A stretch of 11,819 nt of DNA, taken from positions 1 through 11,819 of the forward strand of contig CAZBBA010000102.1 of assembly GCA_964490015.1 (NCBI GenBank). Direction: 5' to 3'. The translations under genes and the position numbers were made by a program. Of this stretch, positions 1 through 6,741 are shown in pieces. This stretch comes from an uncultured Rikenellaceae bacterium (GTDB lineage: Bacteria; Bacteroidota; Bacteroidia; Bacteroidales; Tenuifilaceae). Each line of letters opens with the position of its first letter. Positions within the stretch are counted from its first letter, which is position 1. Under the pieces are notes generated by a model. That model had not been told where the DNA came from, searched no databases, and saw only the letters and a program-made list of their open reading frames with translations.

Positions 1-506
1 ATTTGGGCAATTTGAACATCTAACACATCATTTTCGGTGAGCAATCCCCTATCCGTTTTATCCAGGGTCGATTTGGTAGCCTCAATCTGTTTCTCGAGAT
101 TTTGAATTTGGGCATTCAAATCATCGAGCTGCTTTGCTGTGGCAGCATTTTCGGCAACCAATTTTTCGATTCGGGCTCGCTCATACTTGGCAGTTGCCAG
201 CTGTTGATAAAGAGGAGCCAGCTGTTTTGCTGTATCGGGCCGCCGCGAAAGCAGAGCACGTTTAGATGCAAGCAGCTGTTCCCGCTTTAGAAAAAGTTGC
301 GTGCTATCGATAAAACCAACCACCTCTTTTGCATCGAGCAGTTGCCCCTCCTCCACGTTAAGCATCAAAATTTTTCCTACCCCTTCAGCCGAAACGATCA
401 CCTCAGTTGTTTCGAATGTCCCTGTTGCATCATAATCGCCATTACCATCACTGCAGGCTGAAAAAAATGCAGCCATAGAAACAATTAGTAAGTATTTAGT
501 TTTCAT
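1..506 (-). CDS. HlyD-family efflux periplasmic adaptor (membrane-fusion protein), lipoprotein form; partial, C-terminus lies beyond the window start
   Basis: Minus-strand ATG at 506..504 gives MKTKYLLIVSMAAFFSACSDGNG..., a signal peptide plus lipobox (FSAC). It is followed by VIVSAEGVGKILMLNVEEGQLLDAKEVVGFIDS (a biotin-lipoyl-like hairpin) and long coiled-coil text (LASKRALLSRR...AKQLDDLNAQIQNLEKQIEATK) typical of MFP/HlyD adaptors. The frame is open to position 1 and is absent from the ORF track only because it has no stop within the window. It lies immediately downstream of tolC on the same strand. Confidence 0.8.
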   Translation of the reverse strand, partial: MKTKYLLIVSMAAFFSACSDGNGDYDATGTFETTEVIVSAEGVGKILMLNVEEGQLLDAKEVVGFIDSTQLFLKREQLLASKRALLSRRPDTAKQLAPLYQQLATAKYERARIEKLVAENAATAKQLDDLNAQIQNLEKQIEATKSTLDKTDRGLLTENDVLDVQIAQ

Positions 507-611
507 ATATTAAGGTTTTTACATAGAGTTTAATTCGAAATACTGGGCTATCAACTATTACTATTAAAATCAAAAATTTAGTGCCAAAGAATTCTCGTAA
601 CGCAAAAGCCC

Positions 612-1904
612 CTACAGGTTGCCTCCAAGCAAGTAGATCCGTTTTACCTTCTCTTTAATTATCAGTATTTCACGGTACTCCATATCGAGACGTGCCCTGG
701 CAGCGGCATTAAAATCACCTAAGAACTCTGATGATGTGATGGTTCCATTGGTCAGCTGTGCTTCACTCCTTTGCTTAACTTCGTCCAATAGGGTTGTTAC
801 CTGCTTATCGATCAATAGCTGCTGCTCAAGCATTTCAATCTGATTCTCGGTGGCTATCAAAGCGCTCTCCTGCCCGTCCTCAAAGGCTCTCTGCCTAAGG
901 TCAATAATACTCTTCTGAACCAGAAATTGTTCCCGTTCGCGGTGCGAAAAATTCCAATCCCAAATATTCCACGATAGCCTTGCACCCACCACCACAAAGG
1001 GGTTCCACTCGTTGCTGAGCATGTTGAGCCCCGGTTTTCCGTAGCCCGTCGAAATAAATCCGGCAATTGTTGGCATCCGCATTCGCGAATTAAGAGCAGT
1101 ACGGGCATCAAAAACCTCGCGCCGATGGGTAAAGTTGCTAATCTCAGGCCTTGAAAACGATACCGATTGGGTGTTGGGAAATTCAGGTAGAACAAATTTA
1201 TCGGTTATTTCCAGCTTAACTCCGGTTAACTTTTCCAATGATTTTAAAAGCGAAGCTTTTTGGGCAGCCAACTCAAGGAGTTTCTGCTCAAGCCTTAAAA
1301 CCTCGGCCTGCAACGACTTAACAACCGATGAAAGCACTACCCCCTCACGCACACCACCTTCCATAGATTCCCTTCGGCTAGTAAGCTCCTCGCCCATCAG
1401 CTTAAGCCTTTTTTGACTTATGTCGAGTAGCAGAATTGTAAAGAATGCCTCATTTACCCTTTCCCTAAGGTTATACACCTCGCTTGTAATTGAACCCTGA
1501 TCGACCTTAAGTTGCGCATAAGCCAAATCCTTACGGGCCAATGTTTTTCCACCATCCCAAATTAGTTGCGAGATATCAATATTGATTTTATACTGATCAC
1601 GATCGGGGCTGGGGACATCGATGCTAAAAGGAATATTCTGGGTATTGAAATCGATACTTGTAACATCCGATTGCCAAGTTGCTGTGGCATTCAATTCGAG
1701 TTTTGGGTAGTATGACGTGTTGAGATTTTTTACCTGTAGAGCATTTGCCGAATCGAGTGCCATACTTATGGCCGAAACCGGATTATGCTCGTCCAACGCA
1801 CGGTAAAACATGGGTAAAGTTACAATCCTTTGCTCCTGTGCATTTAAAGAGTTTTTACTAATAGCAAGGAGCAGTACAATAAACGATATTACAACAGATC
1901 TCAT
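612..1904 (-). CDS. TolC-family outer membrane efflux protein (OEP)
   Basis: The ORF-track frame 612..2042 contains an internal ATG at 1904..1902 that starts MRSVVISFIVLLLAISKNSLNAQ, a classical signal peptide. Using it removes the 98-nt overlap with tetR. The protein is about 431 aa with two repeated helical/beta modules and an abundance of L/Q/E coiled-coil text, consistent with the PF02321 outer-membrane factor architecture. Confidence 0.85.
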   Translation of the reverse strand: MRSVVISFIVLLLAISKNSLNAQEQRIVTLPMFYRALDEHNPVSAISMALDSANALQVKNLNTSYYPKLELNATATWQSDVTSIDFNTQNIPFSIDVPSPDRDQYKINIDISQLIWDGGKTLARKDLAYAQLKVDQGSITSEVYNLRERVNEAFFTILLLDISQKRLKLMGEELTSRRESMEGGVREGVVLSSVVKSLQAEVLRLEQKLLELAAQKASLLKSLEKLTGVKLEITDKFVLPEFPNTQSVSFSRPEISNFTHRREVFDARTALNSRMRMPTIAGFISTGYGKPGLNMLSNEWNPFVVVGARLSWNIWDWNFSHREREQFLVQKSIIDLRQRAFEDGQESALIATENQIEMLEQQLLIDKQVTTLLDEVKQRSEAQLTNGTITSSEFLGDFNAAARARLDMEYREILIIKEKVKRIYLLGGNL

Positions 1905-1944
1905 AGATTTACATTTAAATAAGTATCTCACTCCCATAATTATA

Positions 1945-2577
1945 CTAACATTTCCCGGCTTGCTTAAACTTGATGGCGCAAATAACAAAATCGGTAACCT
2001 GCGCCTTGCGTTCCTCAAGAAACTTAACAAACTCCTGCTCATCGTCGTTAAAAAGCACCTTCTCCAGTAAAGGCTTTGCGGCGAATGGAAAAATACACAA
2101 GCTAAGCAGGTTGACTATAAAGTGGCGAGCACCATCGGTATCAACATTAAGCATTTCGGCTAGTTTAACAAAAGCAATTTGATGTATAAAACCAAAGTCT
2201 ACGCCCGATTTCTCAAATATTCCCTTAATATTAGCCGGATCGCGGTTTATCTCCCTTAAAATAAAAAGAGGTAAGAAAGGGTGCTTAAGGAATAAGTTAA
2301 TGTACCCATCCACAATTAGCCGAATCTTACTCTCAAAGGGTATATCCTCCGATAGAATTGCACCCGAAATGGTGGGGAACAGAAGGCCAATCTCCTTGCT
2401 AAAAATAATCTCGAAGAGTTTCTCCTTACTTCTAAAGTAGTAGTGCAGCAAAGCCTTATTAATGCCTGCCTCATCGGCAATCTCCTGCATTCGTGCGCCA
2501 TCAAGCCCTTTACGAATAAAGACCTTACGTGCAGCCTCAAGGATTATTTTCTCGGTATCCTGCTTATCATCAACCAT
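1945..2577 (-). CDS. TetR/AcrR-family transcriptional repressor
   Basis: The N-terminal HTH region reads TEKIILEAARKVFIRKGLDGARMQEIADEAGINKALLHYYFRSKEKLF, the canonical TetR signature. The track start at 2595 is TTG. The first ATG is at 2577..2575 (MVDDKQD...) and is preferred. The gene sits 40 nt upstream of tolC on the same strand. Confidence 0.85.
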   Translation of the reverse strand: MVDDKQDTEKIILEAARKVFIRKGLDGARMQEIADEAGINKALLHYYFRSKEKLFEIIFSKEIGLLFPTISGAILSEDIPFESKIRLIVDGYINLFLKHPFLPLFILREINRDPANIKGIFEKSGVDFGFIHQIAFVKLAEMLNVDTDGARHFIVNLLSLCIFPFAAKPLLEKVLFNDDEQEFVKFLEERKAQVTDFVICAIKFKQAGKC

Positions 2578-2596
2578 ATTGATTCTACTTTTCAAT

Positions 2597-2612
2597 TTAA
2601 CCGAATGGTTAA
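2597..2612. promoter_or_regulatory. Perfect palindrome TTAACCgaatGGTTAA between the tetR -7 element and the tetR start codon; putative TetR operator
   Basis: Directly read: ttaacc-gaat-ggttaa is a 6-bp inverted repeat with a 4-bp spacer, 20-35 nt upstream of the tetR ATG. Further GGTTAA/TTAACC half-sites occur at 2659-2664 and 2682-2687, and a near-palindrome aattggtaa...ttaaccaatt at 2638-2668. Confidence 0.4.
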
Positions 2613-2622
2613 ATTAGTTGGT

Positions 2623-2630
2623 CAAATATA
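2623..2630 (-). promoter_or_regulatory. Bacteroidetes-type -7 promoter element (TATATTTG on the minus strand) for tetR, with a TTTG -33-like element about 21 nt upstream
   Basis: Plus-strand caaatata is TATATTTG on the minus strand and matches the Bacteroidetes sigma-A -7 consensus TAnnTTTG. A TTTG lies 21 nt further upstream on the same strand (plus-strand caaa at about 2652-2655). The element sits just upstream of the palindromic operator and the tetR start. Confidence 0.4.
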
Positions 2631-2953
2631 CAATAATTGAATTGGTAATTCCAAATTTTTAACCAATTATTTTAACTGTATGGTTAAACTTTCAAAAATG
2701 TTAAACAACATAATCCAATAAAAATATTTTTTGTACATTGCTTAATATTTAATTAAATTTATAAATCTAATTAAATGAAGAAATCTGAGCACAAAGTTCA
2801 TACTTATAAGTAATATTGTGTGTAATGATTGAACACCACTAACAATAACTAGCATTAATAAAATAATATTTCTTTCATTTAAGCATAATACAAAAAAGGG
2901 AAAGCCGAAAACCTTATAATTAAATAGAGTAGGCAACTAAATCTTTAATTATT

Positions 2954-3634
2954 ATGGCAGTATTAATTATTTTACTAATTGTGGCAGCATTTATATATTT
3001 TAAGTGGATCAGAGATCCCAAAGAAGTAAGAGATCGCTGCAAAAACAGAAGCGAAGAGCAAAAAAAAGTTATAAGGTACTTTATGAGAGACGGTTGTCTA
3101 GCGCTCGGGCTTTTAAAAGATGAGGAATACGAAGCTTTGGTTGCTAAAAAAATCAAAAGTATGGATTTTAAACAAAAAGCTCTTAACAAAATCGGCCTAG
3201 ATGAGTCAGAACTTCAGGAAATTGAGCCAGTGAGCTTTGAGGGTTATTGGTTTGATGAGAAAAAAACGTTCTCAAAATATGGTAAAGATAAAAAATGGAG
3301 AAGTTCTGCATACCAGATTTCTTGGTTATTCTTTAGTTCCACACAAGTGTATTTATATCAATACACCTTTAATTTGGATGAAGATGGTAAAATGGAAAAA
3401 ACAGAAGAGTATTTCTATAAAGACATTACCAATTTCCAAACTATTTCCGACACCATCGAAACCCCCATTTGGGATCCAAAAAAAGATAAAAGTATTCTTG
3501 TAAATATTGACAAAAACCGCTTTGCAGTTACAGTTCCAGGAGACAAATTCCTCTGTTCCTTGGAACAAAATGATTATACTGAACGAGCTATTCAGGCAAT
3601 GAAAGCAAAATTACGTGAGAAGAAAAATGCCTAA
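2954..3634 (+). CDS. Hypothetical protein with an N-terminal transmembrane anchor; first gene of the low-GC cluster
   Basis: ATG at 2954, 226 aa. The N-terminus MAVLIILLIVAAFIYFKWI is a single hydrophobic helix, followed by a K/E-rich soluble domain with no motif I recognise. The stop at 3632-3634 is 3 nt before the next ATG, suggesting translational coupling. Confidence 0.6.
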   Translation: MAVLIILLIVAAFIYFKWIRDPKEVRDRCKNRSEEQKKVIRYFMRDGCLALGLLKDEEYEALVAKKIKSMDFKQKALNKIGLDESELQEIEPVSFEGYWFDEKKTFSKYGKDKKWRSSAYQISWLFFSSTQVYLYQYTFNLDEDGKMEKTEEYFYKDITNFQTISDTIETPIWDPKKDKSILVNIDKNRFAVTVPGDKFLCSLEQNDYTERAIQAMKAKLREKKNA

Positions 3635-3637
3635 AAA

Positions 3638-4081
3638 ATGAGCCTCGAAGTAATACCAAGCCAATGCGAACAGGTTATAGCGCGAGATTATTGTCAAAAT
3701 CACCCGTTGATTCGTCCCAAAACCAACATAATAACATTTGTACTATGGGTTTTGGCTATTGAAGTTATCTCAGTTGTAATAGCATACATTACTTTACGCC
3801 TGTTTCAATTTCTTGGTATTACTGCTTCTTTCAGCACAATGCATGCAATAACTTTTGCCATTGTTGTTATTTTTTTACTGAAAAAGATATGCGTATTGCT
3901 GATAGAGCTTTACCAACACTATGCGTTAGAAAAAACACGACGAAGATGCACAATGATGCCTTCTTGTTCTGAATATGCTTTGTTGGCTTTAAAAAAATAC
4001 AATGTTATCAGAGGATTGTACAAAACTTATATCCGATTGACAACGAAATGCAACGGAAGTTACATAACTGATTATCCATAA
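3638..4081 (+). CDS. YidD-family (PF01809, 'membrane protein insertion efficiency factor'-like) domain protein with an N-terminal membrane extension
   Basis: The C-terminal 80 aa read LIELYQHYALEKTRRRCTMMPSCSEYALLALKKYNVIRGLYKTYIRLTTKCNGSYITDYP. This matches the YidD hallmark ...YQ..IS....CRF.PTCS.YA.EA....G...G..L...RI.RCHP...G.DPVP (E. coli YidD recalled from memory). The N-terminal 67 aa add two hydrophobic helices. An alternative internal start ATG at 3839 (MHAITFAIVV...) would give a canonical ~80-aa YidD. Confidence 0.65.
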   Translation: MSLEVIPSQCEQVIARDYCQNHPLIRPKTNIITFVLWVLAIEVISVVIAYITLRLFQFLGITASFSTMHAITFAIVVIFLLKKICVLLIELYQHYALEKTRRRCTMMPSCSEYALLALKKYNVIRGLYKTYIRLTTKCNGSYITDYP

Positions 4082-4095
4082 AAAATACAATTAAC

Positions 4096-5316
4096 ATGGG
4101 AATATTTAATAAAAACCGCACTGACGGTGAAACATTTGATGGACAGGGTGAAGAAAGAAAAGGCCCTATTGATCGAATAAAATACAATGGAGAAAAAGAT
4201 GACCTTGTATGGAAATTTCCATACGATAATCTATCGACTGCTACTGAACTGACCGTAAACTTTAGTCAGGAAGCAGTTTTTGTAAAAGGTGGAGCTATTG
4301 CAGATATTTTTGGCCAGGGTCCACATACTTTAAGTACGAATAATATACCTGTTCTGCAAAAATTGATTAACTTACCTTTTGGTGGAAATACCCCTTTTAC
4401 TGCGGAGGTTTGGTTTGTTAATAAAACAATACGCCGTAACCTTAAATTTGGCACACCCGATCCATTTGATATTTACGACCCTCATTTTGATAACCCTATT
4501 CCTGTGCGTTCATATGGTGAATATGGCATTCAAATAACCGATTCCTCGGCATTCTTGCAGCAAATGGTGGGAACTTTGCACCTTTTTACAACGGAAGACA
4601 TTATTGATCAATTCAAATCATTAGTAGTACAAAAACTTAAAGACTCAATAAGTAAGTTTATTGTGAAAAAAGAGGTTACAGTTGTAAAAATCAATGCCTA
4701 TATTGATGAAGTAGCAAATTATGTTCGAGATGCAATAAATGAAGAATTTGCTCAATACGGTATTCGCATAGCAAGTTTTAATATTGCTTCAATAAGTTAT
4801 GACAAAGAAGATGAAAGGGTTAAGGAAATATTGGCTCAGGATGTTGAATTGAGAAGAGCTAAAACTAAAGCCCAAGAACGTAATGTGCAAGGTTTCACAT
4901 ATCATGACGAGCAAAAATTCGATGTATTGAAAACCGCCGCTGGCAATGAAGGGAGTGCAGGCCAAATGATGGGAGCAGGTATGGGACTTGGAATGGGCTT
5001 TGGTGTAGGAGGCGCATTTGGACAACAAATGGGAAATGTTGCAGGTGCCATGCAGCAACAGCCACAACAACAACAGCAACAACAGCAACAAACCCCACCA
5101 CCACCACCAACAGCAACTGTTTGGTTTGTATTAATAAACAATCAGCAGTATCAATACGACACTAATGCCCTTAGTCAATACATTCAAAGTGGTCAGGTAA
5201 CTCGCGACACATTAGTTTGGAAAGCGGGTATGGCACAATGGCTAAAAGCTAGCGAATGTCCTGAATTACAAGGATTGTTTGGCGCAACTCCGCCACCCCC
5301 ACCACCGAATTTATAA
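4096..5316 (+). CDS. SPFH/Band-7 'virion core protein-like' family protein (YdjI/COG4260-like) with Gly/Met-rich, polyQ and polyP linkers and a C-terminal DUF4339 (GYF-like) domain
   Basis: The N-terminus MGIF...DDLVWKFPYD...SQEAVFVKGGAIADIFGQGPHTLSTNNIPVLQKL...NTPFTAEVWFVN...KFGTPDP follows the pattern of the Bacillus YdjI SPFH family as I recall it (MGIF..TLVWRFP..SQVAVFVNEGQ..DVFGPG...PFKAEVYFVN). The middle contains GAGMGLGMGFGVGGAFGQQMGNVAGAM, then QQQPQQQQQQQQQ, then TPPPPPT. The C-terminus WFVLINNQQYQYDTNALSQYIQSGQVTRDTLVWKAGMAQWLKASECPELQGLF fits the DUF4339/GYF-like consensus (W.....G..GP.....L...G.I...TLVW..GM..W). Confidence 0.8.
   Translation: MGIFNKNRTDGETFDGQGEERKGPIDRIKYNGEKDDLVWKFPYDNLSTATELTVNFSQEAVFVKGGAIADIFGQGPHTLSTNNIPVLQKLINLPFGGNTPFTAEVWFVNKTIRRNLKFGTPDPFDIYDPHFDNPIPVRSYGEYGIQITDSSAFLQQMVGTLHLFTTEDIIDQFKSLVVQKLKDSISKFIVKKEVTVVKINAYIDEVANYVRDAINEEFAQYGIRIASFNIASISYDKEDERVKEILAQDVELRRAKTKAQERNVQGFTYHDEQKFDVLKTAAGNEGSAGQMMGAGMGLGMGFGVGGAFGQQMGNVAGAMQQQPQQQQQQQQQTPPPPPTATVWFVLINNQQYQYDTNALSQYIQSGQVTRDTLVWKAGMAQWLKASECPELQGLFGATPPPPPPNL
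5051..5110 (+). repeat. In-frame trinucleotide microsatellite: (CAA/CAG) x about 13 followed by (CCA) x 5
   Basis: Directly read: cagcaacagccacaacaacaacagcaacaacagcaacaa then accccaccaccaccaccaaca. It encodes the polyQ/polyP linker of the SPFH protein. A second proline tract, ccgccacccccaccaccg, occurs at about 5291-5308. Confidence 0.8.
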
Positions 5317-5335
5317 ACTTAAATTCCAGAATAAT

Positions 5336-6088
5336 ATGTCAAAAGTCAAACTCATAGCTAACATCATTTTGCCAATAGTGGTAATTGCAATTACTATTGT
5401 GTTGTTTTTTATGTTTAAACCAGTAGATGCAACGATACTGTTCTATCTTAACCTCGGATATCTCATATTTCTTGAGATAATTTTCTTTGGGTATCTAAAT
5501 GTTTTATACTCCAAAGTAAAAGATTTTTCAACCCCTTTTCTTGCTGTTTTTGGTATTTATGCGTTTTACTATATTGTAATAGGGGTTATTTTCATGTTAG
5601 TGTATTCACTTGCACTTTCTAACTTATTACCGTTAAAGCATTATATTGCCGCACTTATGGTGCTTACCGTACTTTGGATAATAATTTCGGTATTGACAGC
5701 TCAAGTGGACAGCAACTATAAAGGTACAGTAGATAAGCTTAAAGATGACGTGCATACTTTGAACTTCTACACACAAAAAATCAACCTACTCGCTAATCGT
5801 TATGAGAAGCTTTGTGCAGAAAGAGGCTTAAAATATGAGACAGACTCCAATAATAGAACAGTACTTGACCGCTTGAAAGGAAAATTAAGTTTTCTCACAC
5901 CTAATATCTTACATAGCGATACTGCAATTTCTCAATTAACTTCCTTGTTCAACAAATGCGAAGATATAATTGAAGAAACCGAATCTGCAACAGAAGATAA
6001 TCTTCCAGAAGTTCAGAAGAAAATGCAACGCTTTGTAGATAATGCCATAGCAGAGATTGATATGTTAAAAAATTTAACCAGAAGATAA
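5336..6088 (+). CDS. Integral membrane protein with 4 predicted TM helices and a C-terminal cytoplasmic coiled-coil domain
   Basis: The track ORF starts at 5279, but the N-terminus MAQLRHPHHRIYKLKFQNN overlaps the upstream gene. ATG at 5336 (MSKVKLIANIILPIVVIAITIVLFF...) is the more plausible start. Four hydrophobic stretches are followed by about 110 aa of K/E/L-rich heptad-like sequence. The stop at 6086-6088 is 3 nt before the next ATG. Confidence 0.65.
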   Translation: MSKVKLIANIILPIVVIAITIVLFFMFKPVDATILFYLNLGYLIFLEIIFFGYLNVLYSKVKDFSTPFLAVFGIYAFYYIVIGVIFMLVYSLALSNLLPLKHYIAALMVLTVLWIIISVLTAQVDSNYKGTVDKLKDDVHTLNFYTQKINLLANRYEKLCAERGLKYETDSNNRTVLDRLKGKLSFLTPNILHSDTAISQLTSLFNKCEDIIEETESATEDNLPEVQKKMQRFVDNAIAEIDMLKNLTRR

Positions 6089-6091
6089 ACA

Positions 6092-6709
6092 ATGGAAAAG
6101 GTTATTAAATTGAATTGCCCCGGTTGCGGAGCACCTGTTTCAACCGAACATAAAACTTGCATTTTTTGTAGTCGCCCAATCATTATCAGTACAATAACGG
6201 ACATTGTCTCAATGCCAACCCCCGAAGTGAATAAATATGCTAACGCATACCGTAAAGAGTTGGTGACTAATCCCGATAATAAAGACCTGAATATGTCTCT
6301 TGCAATGTGCTATTTCAAACTAAAAATGTATGATAAAGCTTCAGAAGTATTTGAAAAAGCCGTTGAAGATAACTTCGAGGATGCAGATAGATTCTTCTAT
6401 GCAGCAGTTAACTTGCTTAAAGGACAAAAGGCGTTTGTTACACCGCGGGCTAACATTGATAAAGCCTTGGAGTACCTAAATGCTGCTAATATGATTGAAA
6501 GCAAGGCTATTTATCATTACTTTCTGGCTTACATCAAAAAAGACTATTTTGACAGAAAATATCTTAACATTAAACCAAACTGGGAGGAGGAGTTAAATAA
6601 TGCTATCGATTTAGGTTTGACAAATGAAGAGGCCTATCAATTGTTCGAATTATTGGGAGTTGAACAACCTGAATGTTTACAATCAGCAGAGGAGGAGGAA
6701 ATAGGTTAA
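6092..6709 (+). CDS. Zinc-ribbon (CPxCG...CxxC) plus TPR-like helical-repeat protein with an acidic C-terminus
   Basis: The N-terminus MEKVIKLNCPGCGAPVSTEHKTCIFCSRP has four Cys in zinc-ribbon geometry (C-x2-C-x12-C-x2-C). The remainder (NMSLAMCYFKLKMYDKASEVFEKAVEDN...ALEYLNAANMIESKAIYHYFLAYIKK) reads as TPR-like helical hairpins. It ends ...SAEEEEIG. Confidence 0.7.
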   Translation: MEKVIKLNCPGCGAPVSTEHKTCIFCSRPIIISTITDIVSMPTPEVNKYANAYRKELVTNPDNKDLNMSLAMCYFKLKMYDKASEVFEKAVEDNFEDADRFFYAAVNLLKGQKAFVTPRANIDKALEYLNAANMIESKAIYHYFLAYIKKDYFDRKYLNIKPNWEEELNNAIDLGLTNEEAYQLFELLGVEQPECLQSAEEEEIG

Positions 6710-6741
6710 AATAGATAGTATATTAGTTGCAAAACTAAAAA

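Noticed and set aside
102-290. 62-aa plus-strand ORF
   Set aside because: It lies entirely antisense to the well-supported hlyD-family gene, has low-complexity Cys/Phe-rich text and no start context. It is an artefact of the opposite-strand coding frame.
857-1416. ORFs 857-1195 (-) and 1135-1416 (+) inside tolC
   Set aside because: They are alternate-frame or antisense ORFs within a 431-aa gene with a clear family assignment and have no independent features.
1810-2182. Plus-strand ORFs 1810-2070 and 1970-2182 spanning the tolC/tetR junction
   Set aside because: They are antisense to tetR and tolC, and the 40-nt junction is explained by the operon arrangement.
2742-3189. Minus-strand ORFs 2742-2936 and 2920-3189 in and at the edge of the AT-rich intergenic region
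   Set aside because: AT-rich sequence yields long stop-free stretches by chance, and the proteins read as I/L/F/K-rich low-complexity text. The second overlaps the start of the 226-aa plus-strand gene. No support was found.
3237-3568. ORFs 3237-3503 (+) and 3353-3568 (-) inside the 226-aa gene
   Set aside because: They are alternate frames of a longer, better-supported ORF.
4789-5141. Three minus-strand ORFs (poly-Leu, poly-Val/Ala, poly-Cys)
   Set aside because: They are antisense readings of the CAA/CAG/CCA trinucleotide tract in the SPFH gene. Homopolymeric proteins are not plausible.
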